A stretch of 54,620 nt of DNA from contig CAIQAL010000031.1 in assembly GCA_903869825.1 (NCBI GenBank), positions 1 through 54,620 on the forward strand, given 5' to 3'. Positions 30,430 to 38,465 of this stretch are shown here, one piece after another. Positions within the stretch are counted from its first letter, which is position 1, and the number at the start of each line of letters is the position of its first letter. Both the position numbers and the translations under genes were made by a program. The notes beneath the pieces were generated by a model. It ran no database searches. It was not told where the DNA came from and saw only the letters and a list, made by a program, of their open reading frames with translations. This DNA comes from an uncultured bacterium (GTDB lineage: Bacteria > Patescibacteriota > Minisyncoccia > Phycocordibacterales > UBA9973).

Positions 30430-31872
30430 TTATCTTCTGTGTCCACCCCCACCACTTGAGCGACTTGGTCCAGAGCTGTGCACAGACGCACTGTAACTTT
30501 GGTTGCCGGAACGACTACCTCCATTTGATGATCGAGAACTAGGATTACTCCTAGGTGCTTGATGGCTTGAGCGAGAGGGTGCTTGGTTTTGTTGCACTCT
30601 TGGCGACTCGCTGCTAACATTCCTCTGATCATTTTGAGGTCGCTGTTGGCTAGGAGGAATATACCTTGCGGCATTTGCTCTAGAATTTGGTTGCTGATAG
30701 CTTGCGCGACCAACATTTCTCTGATCATCCTGAGGTTGATGAGGGCTATTGTTAGCCTCTTTTAGAAAAGTGATGTTGCCTTTCGTTTGAGTGACGACAT
30801 ACTCTTTCCCGTTCACCCGAACAGTAGAAGCTGTAGAAGCTTGAGAACTGCCAGAGTTTCTAGGATTATTGTCCCCTCTGGCACTTTTTAAAGCATTTCC
30901 AACATTGCTTCCTTCACCATCGTGACCGTCTCTGGTGACATGATTTCCACTACTTCCTGCACCATCGTGACCGTCTCTGGTGACATGATTTCCACTACTT
31001 CCTGCACCATCGTGACCGCCGTTCGTAACGTGACCGCCCTGGCCGCCGTTCGTAACGTGACCGCCCTGGCCACCGTTCGTAACGTGAGTGTTCACAGTAG
31101 TAGTATTGGTATATGTGTAATTATAATAATTATACGTACTTGACGATTCGCAATGTGCCGTATAATTGGGACAGCAATACTGCATCGAAAACACTGGGCA
31201 ATAAGTCGGAGCCTGGTAATAGTAATCGTTATTATTTGCTGGCCAATAGTTACTTCTCTGATATTTAGGAACATCATTTGGTTCCATCCAAATAGTATCA
31301 TGAGTCATAATTATCAAAGTGTCTCTATCCTTAAATGACACTTTCGCAAATGATACGGGTTTGATATTAACCCTTTGATCATAGATAGAGTTAACGCAAA
31401 CCATACACATTACATCCCTTACTGGGAATGGATTTCCCCTATTGTCTTCCCAGCCAGTGATGGCTGTGATATCCAATTGAGCTACTTGTTCTAGCCCCTT
31501 GGTTTTTTTCCCCCGGTCTGAATAACTTGGGCGGGTGAAATGCTTTGTCGTTTTCCCATTTCTCGATGAGATTACGACATCTCCAATATCCCAATTGTCA
31601 TTGGTAACTTTCAAGTTACCAATTAAGAAAATGGTATTTTCCCGAGAAATTTCTTTCCCAGAAACATACCCTATCCACCCGTCCTTCTCAGCAATTTGCT
31701 GAAAAAGATTCCGGTAATCATTAACCAGGACTGAGTCCTTGCTAATAATTTTTGCCGCTTCACCGAGGGTGTACCCCTCGTCTTTATAGTCTGCGAAGGG
31801 TTTTCCTTGTCCTTTGCATTCAAGCCCGATTAAGGCGATTGCAAAAAACAATAAGCTGATAATTTTTTTCAT
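30430..31872 (-). CDS. Orphan secreted protein with Cys/Tyr-rich middle, His/Gly repeats and disordered Ser/Gly/Arg tail
   Basis: Signal peptide MKKIISLLFFAIALIG; low-complexity C-terminus. Confidence 0.75.
   Translation of the reverse strand: MKKIISLLFFAIALIGLECKGQGKPFADYKDEGYTLGEAAKIISKDSVLVNDYRNLFQQIAEKDGWIGYVSGKEISRENTIFLIGNLKVTNDNWDIGDVVISSRNGKTTKHFTRPSYSDRGKKTKGLEQVAQLDITAITGWEDNRGNPFPVRDVMCMVCVNSIYDQRVNIKPVSFAKVSFKDRDTLIIMTHDTIWMEPNDVPKYQRSNYWPANNNDYYYQAPTYCPVFSMQYCCPNYTAHCESSSTYNYYNYTYTNTTTVNTHVTNGGQGGHVTNGGQGGHVTNGGHDGAGSSGNHVTRDGHDGAGSSGNHVTRDGHDGEGSNVGNALKSARGDNNPRNSGSSQASTASTVRVNGKEYVVTQTKGNITFLKEANNSPHQPQDDQRNVGRASYQQPNSRANAARYIPPSQQRPQNDQRNVSSESPRVQQNQAPSRSSHQAPRSNPSSRSSNGGSRSGNQSYSASVHSSGPSRSSGGGGHRR
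30915..31088 (-). repeat. Tandem coding repeats (27 bp and 45 bp units)
   Basis: HVTNGGQGG x2 plus HVTNGG; HDGAGSSGNHVTRDG x2 plus HDG. Confidence 0.9.
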
Positions 31873-32005
31873 ATTTTTTATTTTTAGATTTTTTTTGAAT
31901 CTGAGTTAATTCGCTCCGCTTTCCAAATAGACTAGAAAAGCAAAGTGAATTAACCCAAATTAGCATCTAAAAACAAAAGATTTTAAAGTACAAGAATCAC
32001 CTAAC

Positions 32006-32034
32006 AGTGTAGCATATCTTACTTTAGAAGTCAA
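32006..32034 (-). promoter_or_regulatory. Sigma70 promoter for the 30430-31872 gene
   Basis: TTGACT-17-TACACT with extended TG. Confidence 0.6.
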
Positions 32035-32070
32035 GGGGAGAAAGGTCCTCTTCTCTCCCCTCTCCCAAAT

Positions 32071-32099
32071 AAAAAAACCCTAAATTTAGGGCTTTTTTT
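32071..32099. terminator. Terminator
   Basis: aaaaaaaccctaaatttagggctttttt. Confidence 0.6.
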
Positions 32100-32128
32100 G
32101 AAAAAATTAGTATAAATTTTTTGGATAA

Positions 32129-32254
32129 TTATCCTCGCTTTTTTCCAGTCGACTTATTCGCAAGCATTGTCTTTTTGATTGCGAGTCTCTTCTTTGTCTT
32201 GTGAGCGTGTCTAGATTTCTTCTTTGGACTAAGGGTTGTTCCTCTTTTTGCCAT
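32129..32254 (-). CDS. Very basic 41-aa protein, not in the ORF track
   Basis: MAKRGTTLSPKKKSRHAHKTKKRLAIKKTMLANKSTGKKRG; terminator-like hairpin downstream. Confidence 0.7.
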   Translation of the reverse strand: MAKRGTTLSPKKKSRHAHKTKKRLAIKKTMLANKSTGKKRG

Positions 32255-32336
32255 AAAAATATTGAAAATTAATTAATAAACTGATTTTAGAAGTATACCG
32301 CGAAGTGATTATTTTTGCAAAAAAAATATCCAAAAC

Positions 32337-32361
32337 AAAAACCACCCTCTCGGGTGGTTTT
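32337..32361 (-). terminator. Terminator of the cold-shock gene
   Basis: aaaaccaccc-tctc-gggtggtttt. Confidence 0.75.
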
Positions 32362-32373
32362 CTAAAAAAAGGT

Positions 32374-32571
32374 TTAGACTCTTTCTACGTTCTTTGCACT
32401 TGGTCCTTTTTCTCCATCGACGACATCAAAGTTGACGGTATCGCCAACTGCAATCTCATCCCAGGTAATTCCTTTCAAATCATTTGAATGAAAGAAAAGA
32501 TCTTTGGTTTCGCCCTCTCGGGTAATGAATCCAAAACCTTTTTCTGTCTTTGTTTTAATTGTTCCAGTCAT
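32374..32571 (-). CDS. Cold-shock domain protein
   Basis: KGFGFI (RNP1), DLFFH (RNP2), GEKGPSAKNV. Confidence 0.95.
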   Translation of the reverse strand: MTGTIKTKTEKGFGFITREGETKDLFFHSNDLKGITWDEIAVGDTVNFDVVDGEKGPSAKNVERV

Positions 32572-32656
32572 TTTATGTTCTTTAAATTATATAATCTAGA
32601 AACTCGACTACATCTCTTATCCTTAAGTATACCACACCATCCACAATAATAGCGAA

Positions 32657-33124
32657 TTATTGGTTGATAATATATCCGTTCACATCGACCAAGACGACTT
32701 GATCGTCTCCAAGATTGGAATCAGTATCTACCACATCATCCCCAGGCTGCCGCTCTATGAAGTATAACTTTTCTCCGGGTTGGACAATATACGTTTCTGG
32801 TTGAAAGTCAGATGCTTTTGGCTTCTTGACTACTATCTGGATTGATCCATCGGTCAGAGTAGTTCTGGTAAAGGTATACCCGATGGTGGCTTTCTTTGCA
32901 TTTGCATCCATGGTTGGGTCCGAAATCAGATAAGAATACTGCGCAAGTGGGGAGTTGGTAAATAATTCCTGAGTAGCCGGTGGAGGAGTGGTCTGGTTTT
33001 GATCAACTGGAATATCAGAGGTAACTGGTGGATTGCTTTTTCTCATTGCAAAATATATTCCGACGATAATAACTAAAATAACAACAATAATAATAACTAA
33101 TGCTGAGGTATTTGATTTTTTCAT
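32657..33124 (-). CDS. Membrane-anchored hypothetical protein
   Basis: N-terminal TM, Pro/Thr linker, small extracellular domain. Confidence 0.8.
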   Translation of the reverse strand: MKKSNTSALVIIIVVILVIIVGIYFAMRKSNPPVTSDIPVDQNQTTPPPATQELFTNSPLAQYSYLISDPTMDANAKKATIGYTFTRTTLTDGSIQIVVKKPKASDFQPETYIVQPGEKLYFIERQPGDDVVDTDSNLGDDQVVLVDVNGYIINQ

Positions 33125-33317
33125 AAAAATAAATAAAAAACACCTTGATTATTGATAAAAATCGATCCCTATTAATATCACAATATTAAATTAAACTTGA
33201 TTAAGATACTGTGAAGAAAAAAACTTCTTCATTGAATATTAATGCCTTTTAAATATACTTTTACGAAAGGTCGAATAGGCTTTAATATTTTACAAAAAAA
33301 ATTAATAGAAAAATCAT

Positions 33318-33476
33318 ATGCTTATAACAATTGCAATTATCTTACTCGTTTTATGGCTTTTAGGTCTCGTTACCAGTTATACCTTGGGAGGATTTATCCA
33401 CATTCTCTTAATCGCGGCGATTGTTCTTTTTGTGATTAAGCTTTTTGGAGGAGAAGGAAAAAATCCAGCAACGTAG
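33318..33476 (+). CDS. lmo0937-family small membrane protein (52 aa), not in the ORF track
   Basis: MLITIAIILLVLWLLGLVTSYTLGGFIHILLIAAIVLFVIKL matches the family pattern. Confidence 0.88.
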   Translation: MLITIAIILLVLWLLGLVTSYTLGGFIHILLIAAIVLFVIKLFGGEGKNPAT

Positions 33477-33497
33477 AACTAAAAAATTTCCAAAAAA

Positions 33498-33529
33498 AAT
33501 AACCCGCTTTTGAAAAAAGGCGGGTTATT
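33498..33529. terminator. Bidirectional terminator
   Basis: aataacccgctttt-gaa-aaaaggcgggttatt. Confidence 0.75.
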
Positions 33530-33561
33530 GGTTGTTGGAGATCAGCAAAAAATAATAAAGA

Positions 33562-33825
33562 CTACCAAACTCCCGGACCATCTCCATCCAAGAACCACTT
33601 ATTGTCGATTTTTACTAGCTTGATGATTCCACCGGATTTAGTTTCACAGAATCCAAAATCATCAGTCTTTGCTAGTAACCTACTACAATTTCGGAAAGTA
33701 TAATAATTTTCAAAGGTGCTATGTGCTTTTCGTAAAGAAAAAAACTCAAATACCCCAAAAACAAAAACCACAATAATTAAAATCACCACGAAAATAATAA
33801 TCTTTTTTTTGTGTATCCTAAACAT
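33562..33825 (-). CDS. Small membrane-anchored hypothetical protein
   Basis: N-terminal TM; two Cys residues. Confidence 0.7.
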   Translation of the reverse strand: MFRIHKKKIIIFVVILIIVVFVFGVFEFFSLRKAHSTFENYYTFRNCSRLLAKTDDFGFCETKSGGIIKLVKIDNKWFLDGDGPGVW

Positions 33826-33856
33826 ATTTTTATTATATCAAATCAGTAAAATTTTA

Positions 33857-35335
33857 CTATTTTTCTAAATCAAGTGTCTCGTCAATCCGAATTTTCTGGA
33901 TAAATTCTGGGACGTGGGAAACAAGCACCAAGGCTCCTTTGTAATTGCTTACTGCTTCCGCGATAACGGGAATGTGTCGAAAGTTGATATGGTTAGTTGG
34001 TTCATCCAAGATTAGTAACCCAGGACGCAACAATACCAATCCCGCAAAAGCGACTAATCCTTTTTGCCCTTCCGAAAGGCTACCGATTTTTGTATGAATT
34101 AATTCTCCGGTAATTAAAAAACTTGCCGCAATTGCCCGCATTTTTTCTTCGTTTAAGGACACTCCCCCTTCCACCATCGCATTTGCTAGGGACTGATAAA
34201 CAGTGTGCTCAAAATTCAAAGTTGAAAAATCTTGTCGATAATAACCAACCCGAATACCTGCTTGGATTTTGGCGCCTGGGGAGGTATCATTTGCCAAATG
34301 CTCAAGTAAAGTACTTTTCCCTATGCCATTCGGGCCCCGAAGCAATAGATGCTGATTCTTCCTAAGCTTTAGATTGGCACTTCGCTTTACTATTTTTCCA
34401 TTTTTCTCATTCATTATTGTAAAAGAAGTAATCGTAATGATCTCTCCATTGATTTCTTCTTGGCAAGGAATAACGAAAGTTTTTATCGTTTTGTCTTCTT
34501 TCCGAACATCAACTATATCTTCTTCCAGTTCTTCGGCTTTTTCCCGCATCCGTTTTGCAACTAATCGTAATTGTCCTCCTTTGTGAGCAAAAACATTCGC
34601 TTGGTCTTTTTTTGCTTGAATTTCTTTTGCCAATTGAGCGTTTTTCATATTTTCTTTTTCCACTCGAGCAGTTATTTCTTTCAATACGTTTTTATAGTTA
34701 CCAGTGTATTGCTCAACTTTCCTAGTATAAATATCAAGATACAAAACCCCATCAGAAAAAGCATTCAAAAATTCCGCATCGTGAGAAATGACCGCTACGG
34801 TTTTCTTGTATTTGATTAAAAAATCAGTCAGGTGAAGAATTCCCGCTCGATCGAGATTGTTGGTTGGTTCGTCCAGTAAAAGTAAATCCGGATCTTGAAT
34901 CAACGCTCCGGCTAAAAGCACTCGCGCCAATTGTCCGCCCGAAAAAGTTTTTAAAATTCTATCATGTAATTTAGTATGCCCTTTTAGGTTTACTACTTCC
35001 AATACTTCATCTATTCTTGGGTCCAAATCGTAAACTTTATTAATAAAACATTTTGTAAAGAATTCTCGGATAGTTAAACAAAGTTCATCTCTTCCGATCA
35101 CCTGCTTGGCGGTGGCAATACTTAGCTTCGGTCTTTTATTTATTTCACCAGATTCAGGAGAAAGCGCTCCGGTGATTAATCCAAAAATAGTACTTTTCCC
35201 TGCCCCATTTTGTCCCATGATGGTTGTTTTTGTCCCCAGTCGCACTGAAAAAGAAGCCTCGTTTAATATTGGCTTATTAACTCCATATTCAAAAGATACT
35301 TTGTTGAATCTTAAGATTACTTCGTCTTTGGACAT
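33857..35335 (-). CDS. ABC-F family ATPase
   Basis: Two ABC domains (GQNGAGKST, GPNGIGKST, LDEPTN twice), no TM; start at MSKDEV. Confidence 0.93.
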   Translation of the reverse strand: MSKDEVILRFNKVSFEYGVNKPILNEASFSVRLGTKTTIMGQNGAGKSTIFGLITGALSPESGEINKRPKLSIATAKQVIGRDELCLTIREFFTKCFINKVYDLDPRIDEVLEVVNLKGHTKLHDRILKTFSGGQLARVLLAGALIQDPDLLLLDEPTNNLDRAGILHLTDFLIKYKKTVAVISHDAEFLNAFSDGVLYLDIYTRKVEQYTGNYKNVLKEITARVEKENMKNAQLAKEIQAKKDQANVFAHKGGQLRLVAKRMREKAEELEEDIVDVRKEDKTIKTFVIPCQEEINGEIITITSFTIMNEKNGKIVKRSANLKLRKNQHLLLRGPNGIGKSTLLEHLANDTSPGAKIQAGIRVGYYRQDFSTLNFEHTVYQSLANAMVEGGVSLNEEKMRAIAASFLITGELIHTKIGSLSEGQKGLVAFAGLVLLRPGLLILDEPTNHINFRHIPVIAEAVSNYKGALVLVSHVPEFIQKIRIDETLDLEK

Positions 35336-35447
35336 AATTTTTTGATTGAAAACAAACTTCAAAGAAAGCGGATCCGAAGCCAGCTTACTTTAGAAGACTT
35401 ACGCAAGAAAAGCATACCACAGATTTCCTATATTCACTATTTGTGGT

Positions 35448-35849
35448 TTAAACAATTACTTGAGAACAATGAGCGCAACGTTTTGCTTCAATCGGAATTT
35501 CACTCAGACATTCCGAACATTTTTTTGTTGTGGGATCAGCTGGAGGTTCTTTTCTTGAGCGCTTGATAAGAAGATTCATTGGTTTAACCACAAAGAAAAA
35601 TATTGAAGCGGCAACTAAAACGAAAGAAATGAGAGTATTAATAAAGTGACCCACCATAAATTTACTACCATTAATGGTAAAGTAAAGCCCTGAAAAATCT
35701 GGTCCACGGACAATAGCAGAAATCAACGGAGTAATCAAATCTGACACTACCGCTGTAACGATAGTCCCAAAAGCAGCACCAATAACCACCCCGACCGCCA
35801 AGTCAACGACATTCCCGCGAAGCAAAAACTGTTTGAATTCTTTTAGCAT
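35448..35849 (-). CDS. mscL: Large-conductance mechanosensitive channel
   Basis: MLKEFKQFLLRGNVVDLAVGVVIGAAF; C-terminal Zn ribbon CSEC..CAHC. Confidence 0.95.
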   Translation of the reverse strand: MLKEFKQFLLRGNVVDLAVGVVIGAAFGTIVTAVVSDLITPLISAIVRGPDFSGLYFTINGSKFMVGHFINTLISFVLVAASIFFFVVKPMNLLIKRSRKEPPADPTTKKCSECLSEIPIEAKRCAHCSQVIV

Positions 35850-35915
35850 AAAATTTGTTTAATCTTTTAATAATTTATTATCTCATAAAAATTAGATAAA
35901 TCAAAAAAAGCCATC

Positions 35916-36155
35916 CTAAGTAGGTGGCTTGTCTTCAAAAAATAATTTAATGTCTTCCCCCATATAAACTCTTTTGAGAATCTGTAGGGGGGTAAAGAAT
36001 TTTGTCACACTATTAAATGACTGATGTACCCCCTGTTCATCACAGGGTAAAAAAAGAAACGGACCTAGATCGGTTAAACATCCCTCACCCCGAGTCCATT
36101 CTTTTGCCAGGTCCCTGGTTTTTACCTGTACAAAAAATTTTTTTTCTTTGGTCAT
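35916..36155 (-). CDS. Small hypothetical protein
   Basis: 79-aa ORF, ATG start, TTGACA-like element upstream. Confidence 0.5.
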   Translation of the reverse strand: MTKEKKFFVQVKTRDLAKEWTRGEGCLTDLGPFLFLPCDEQGVHQSFNSVTKFFTPLQILKRVYMGEDIKLFFEDKPPT

Positions 36156-36210
36156 TTTTATAAAATTTATATTTTTCTTAGGCTAAACCATTTTTATTTG
36201 TTTGTCAATT

Positions 36211-36240
36211 ACAAAAAATCTCCACCAGGAGATTTTTTGT
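36211..36240 (-). terminator. Terminator, probably the displaced native tRNA-Ala terminator
   Basis: acaaaaaatctcc-acca-ggagattttttgt, 6 bp outside the att copy. Confidence 0.7.
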
Positions 36241-36246
36241 ATACTA

Positions 36247-36354
36247 GTGGACTCACTACATAATACCTTAAACCGCTTAAAAAGCTATCTTTCTCGGTTC
36301 TGGGACTTTTATAAATCAAGCCCGCGTCTACAAGAAATCCTTTTAAATGCTTAA
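36247..36354 (+). pseudogene. Probable displaced C-terminal tail of the recombinase
   Basis: 35 open codons VDSLHNTLNRLKSYLSRFWDFYKSSPRLQEILLNA*, in the same VD frame as the recombinase at the att. Confidence 0.55.
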
Positions 36355-36572
36355 TAAAGTGTCCGTAAGTAGTACACAATGCATGTATTTAAAATACCCA
36401 TCATCTTCCTTAAGAAGATGATGGGCAAGGGGGTGGTGGGGTCTGGGGAGGAGGGGGTAAAAAAGGTGGATATTTTTGTCATGGTAGAAAACTGCAAGAT
36501 CTCAAAAAACTCTCAACCAAAGCGAACCCAGGGGGAACCAAGGGGTACCCAAGGGTAATTTAAGGGTCAAAG

Positions 36573-36593
36573 TTACTGCACTGGGTGCAGTAA
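36573..36593. repeat. Palindrome TTACTGCAC-tgg-GTGCAGTAA (left DGR flank)
   Basis: Perfect 9-bp arms, 15 bp beyond the RT stop; second copy at 39307. Confidence 0.85.
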
Positions 36594-36608
36594 AAGTATT
36601 ATTTTAAA

Positions 36609-37598
36609 CTATATCTCAACTCCATTCTTGTTTTTAATATATTTCCTTAATTTGTAAGTATCTCCATGCCCAAGTAATCCCCGATATGAATTTACCGTTT
36701 CTGGCTTCGGATAACCCTTTAATTTCCTGATTATTTTTCTTTTGGTAGAAGTCCTGATTTGCCGATGATATGGAAAATGCACCCAACCCAAAAAATCTAC
36801 CCCTGAAGCATAGGTCTTGATATATACTTTGTTTTCGTGCAGTTTTAACTTCAGTTTTTCGTTTAAAAACTTTTCCATTTTAAGAAGCAGTTCTTCTAAG
36901 TAATTCTCGTTGTCAGATAAGATCGCAAAATCGTCAGCATAGCGAATGTAGTATTTCACTCTAAGTTCCTGTTTTACAAACATATCAAATTCATGCATAT
37001 AAATATTCACAAAAAGTTGTGATGTTAAATTGCCTAAAGGTAAACCCACTCCGATTTTTGTCGTATGAAAACTTGAGATTACTTGTTTAATCAACCAATG
37101 CATTTCTTCGTCTTCAATATGTCGCCTAAGAATTTTGTATAAAACATCATGGTCAATACTGGCAAAAAACTTTTTAATATCGCCCTTCAGCACGTAGCAG
37201 GTTCTGGTATTATTTTTGGATACTTTCCTGGCAAAATATTGAAATCTGTCCAATGCTCTATGCGTTCCTTTTTTCTTACGACAAGAATATGAATCGTAAA
37301 TAAAGCGTTGGTCGAAATATGGATATAATTCTTTGTAGATTAAATGGTGTAGAAGTCTGTCTCGAACTGTTGCTTTATGAATATTTCTTGGCTTCGGGTC
37401 AGAAACATTAAAAGCAGAATATTCTCCATGCTTGTACGTTCTTGTTTGTAGAAGATAATATAAATCATTTATGTTATCTCCGAGTTTTGCTTGAAAAATT
37501 ATCACGCCTTTCTTTTTTCGTTTGCCACGAAGAAAACGCTCCCAAGTCACAAGGAGATTTTCGATTGATATGATATTGTTGTATTTATGAATAAACAT
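36609..37598 (-). CDS. DGR reverse transcriptase (329 aa)
   Basis: KPRNIH, RDRLLH, DSYSCRKKKGTH, DIKKFFASIDH, GLPLGNLTSQ (DGR-type SQ), YIRYADDF, DFLG; start at MFIHKY. Confidence 0.96.
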   Translation of the reverse strand: MFIHKYNNIISIENLLVTWERFLRGKRKKKGVIIFQAKLGDNINDLYYLLQTRTYKHGEYSAFNVSDPKPRNIHKATVRDRLLHHLIYKELYPYFDQRFIYDSYSCRKKKGTHRALDRFQYFARKVSKNNTRTCYVLKGDIKKFFASIDHDVLYKILRRHIEDEEMHWLIKQVISSFHTTKIGVGLPLGNLTSQLFVNIYMHEFDMFVKQELRVKYYIRYADDFAILSDNENYLEELLLKMEKFLNEKLKLKLHENKVYIKTYASGVDFLGWVHFPYHRQIRTSTKRKIIRKLKGYPKPETVNSYRGLLGHGDTYKLRKYIKNKNGVEI

Positions 37599-37615
37599 AC
37601 TAAGACTATAAATTA

Positions 37616-37652
37616 CCCCCCCCCCCGCACAAGCACCGCTTGTGCTTGTGCG
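37616..37652 (+). promoter_or_regulatory. C11 tract plus 11-bp hairpin at the avd 5' end (candidate slippage/phase switch)
   Basis: C11 at 37616-37626, then cgcacaagcac-cgctt-gtgcttgtgcg. Confidence 0.55.
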
Positions 37653-37989
37653 TACCAAAGATTCGTATAAAGTTTGGCACACACATTTAGTTAACATCTC
37701 TAAGGTAAACAGGCACACAATTGGTGTAAAAATTGATGGTATCTTTCTATCTTTGCTTGAAACAATATTTAGAGCAACTTTCGCCAGTGATAAATTTGAA
37801 AAGTTGTCTCTTGTATCTCAAGCCATTGGTAAGGCTGACCTGTTAAAATTCTTTCTACAAATTGGCTGGGAACAGAAAATGCTTGACCACACTGTTTACG
37901 GAAATATTATTCTTCAACTAGACGAAGTTGGTCGAATGTTGGGCGGATGGAAAAAGAGTTTACAAGAAAAAACTCCCGCCAATAAATAG
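37642..37989 (+). CDS. avd: Avd-like accessory variability determinant (four-helix bundle); likely true start at ATG 37587 across the C-tract
   Basis: Ends EVGRMLGGWKK; RHTIGVKID, DLLKFFLQIGWE; lies between RT and TR. Confidence 0.88.
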   Translation: MLVRTKDSYKVWHTHLVNISKVNRHTIGVKIDGIFLSLLETIFRATFASDKFEKLSLVSQAIGKADLLKFFLQIGWEQKMLDHTVYGNIILQLDEVGRMLGGWKKSLQEKTPANK

Positions 37990-38005
37990 TAGGAGAAAAC
38001 GGTAT

Positions 38006-38129
38006 AAGTTGCAGAAGACGAGAATCACGTTGTTGTCATCCCAGTCATTCTCGAAGTAACCAAGATTGAACTTGAAGTTACCGTCCGAGTTGGCATTCAC
38101 GTTAGGCACCCTGTGGTTGCCGTCAGCGT
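38006..38129 (-). ncRNA. DGR template repeat (TR), 124 bp
   Basis: Ungapped match to 38494-38617 with 16 mismatches, all at minus-strand A; 10 AAY codons. Confidence 0.96.
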
Positions 38130-38395
38130 ACGCAAAGCAACGTACAACACACTTTCTTTCCCACTAAAATCAGCACCAGCCAATTTTTGTATTTTATTTT
38201 GAGTCTTAATAACTCACTAATGTATTGCACCGACTTATTTTGTTTTTTCATGAAAGGACGCACTCATTCACAAGACGTATCCAATGAACCCCTCGCGTTT
38301 CCTTTGACGAGAAATTGACTATGTGAAGTCGTAACCGCGCATCAATCTTTTTCCTTTTTTGATTATATCTTAAAAATTAAATTTTACATAAAAAA

Positions 38396-38421
38396 AGTGC
38401 CTTTACAAAAGTAAAGGCACT
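38396..38421 (-). terminator. Terminator of the DGR target gene
   Basis: agtgcctttac-aaaa-gtaaaggcact followed by a T-run on the minus strand. Confidence 0.75.
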
Positions 38422-38465
38422 AGAATCAAGGGTCTAAGGACCCAATGTTTTTAGAATCAAAGCGA

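Noticed and set aside
30330-30728. 132-aa alternative-frame ORF
   Set aside because: Overlaps the low-complexity tail of 30430-31872 and has no independent signals.
30915-31088. Possible CRISPR array
   Set aside because: Head-to-tail in-frame coding repeats with no unique spacers.
33242-33439. 65-aa ORF in the track
   Set aside because: Wrong frame; the real gene is the lmo0937-family ORF at 33318-33476.
36609-37598. RT as a group II intron, retron or CRISPR-associated RT
   Set aside because: No maturase or endonuclease domain, msr-msd or cas genes; the SQ motif, Avd and TR/VR pair identify a DGR.
37599-37718. N-terminal 40 aa of the RT ORF as given in the track
   Set aside because: It is the antisense of avd and the C-tract; RT-like sequence starts at ATG 37598.
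38421-38460. Direct repeat tagaatcaa around a 5-bp hairpin downstream of the target gene
   Set aside because: Too short to distinguish from chance in AT-rich DNA.
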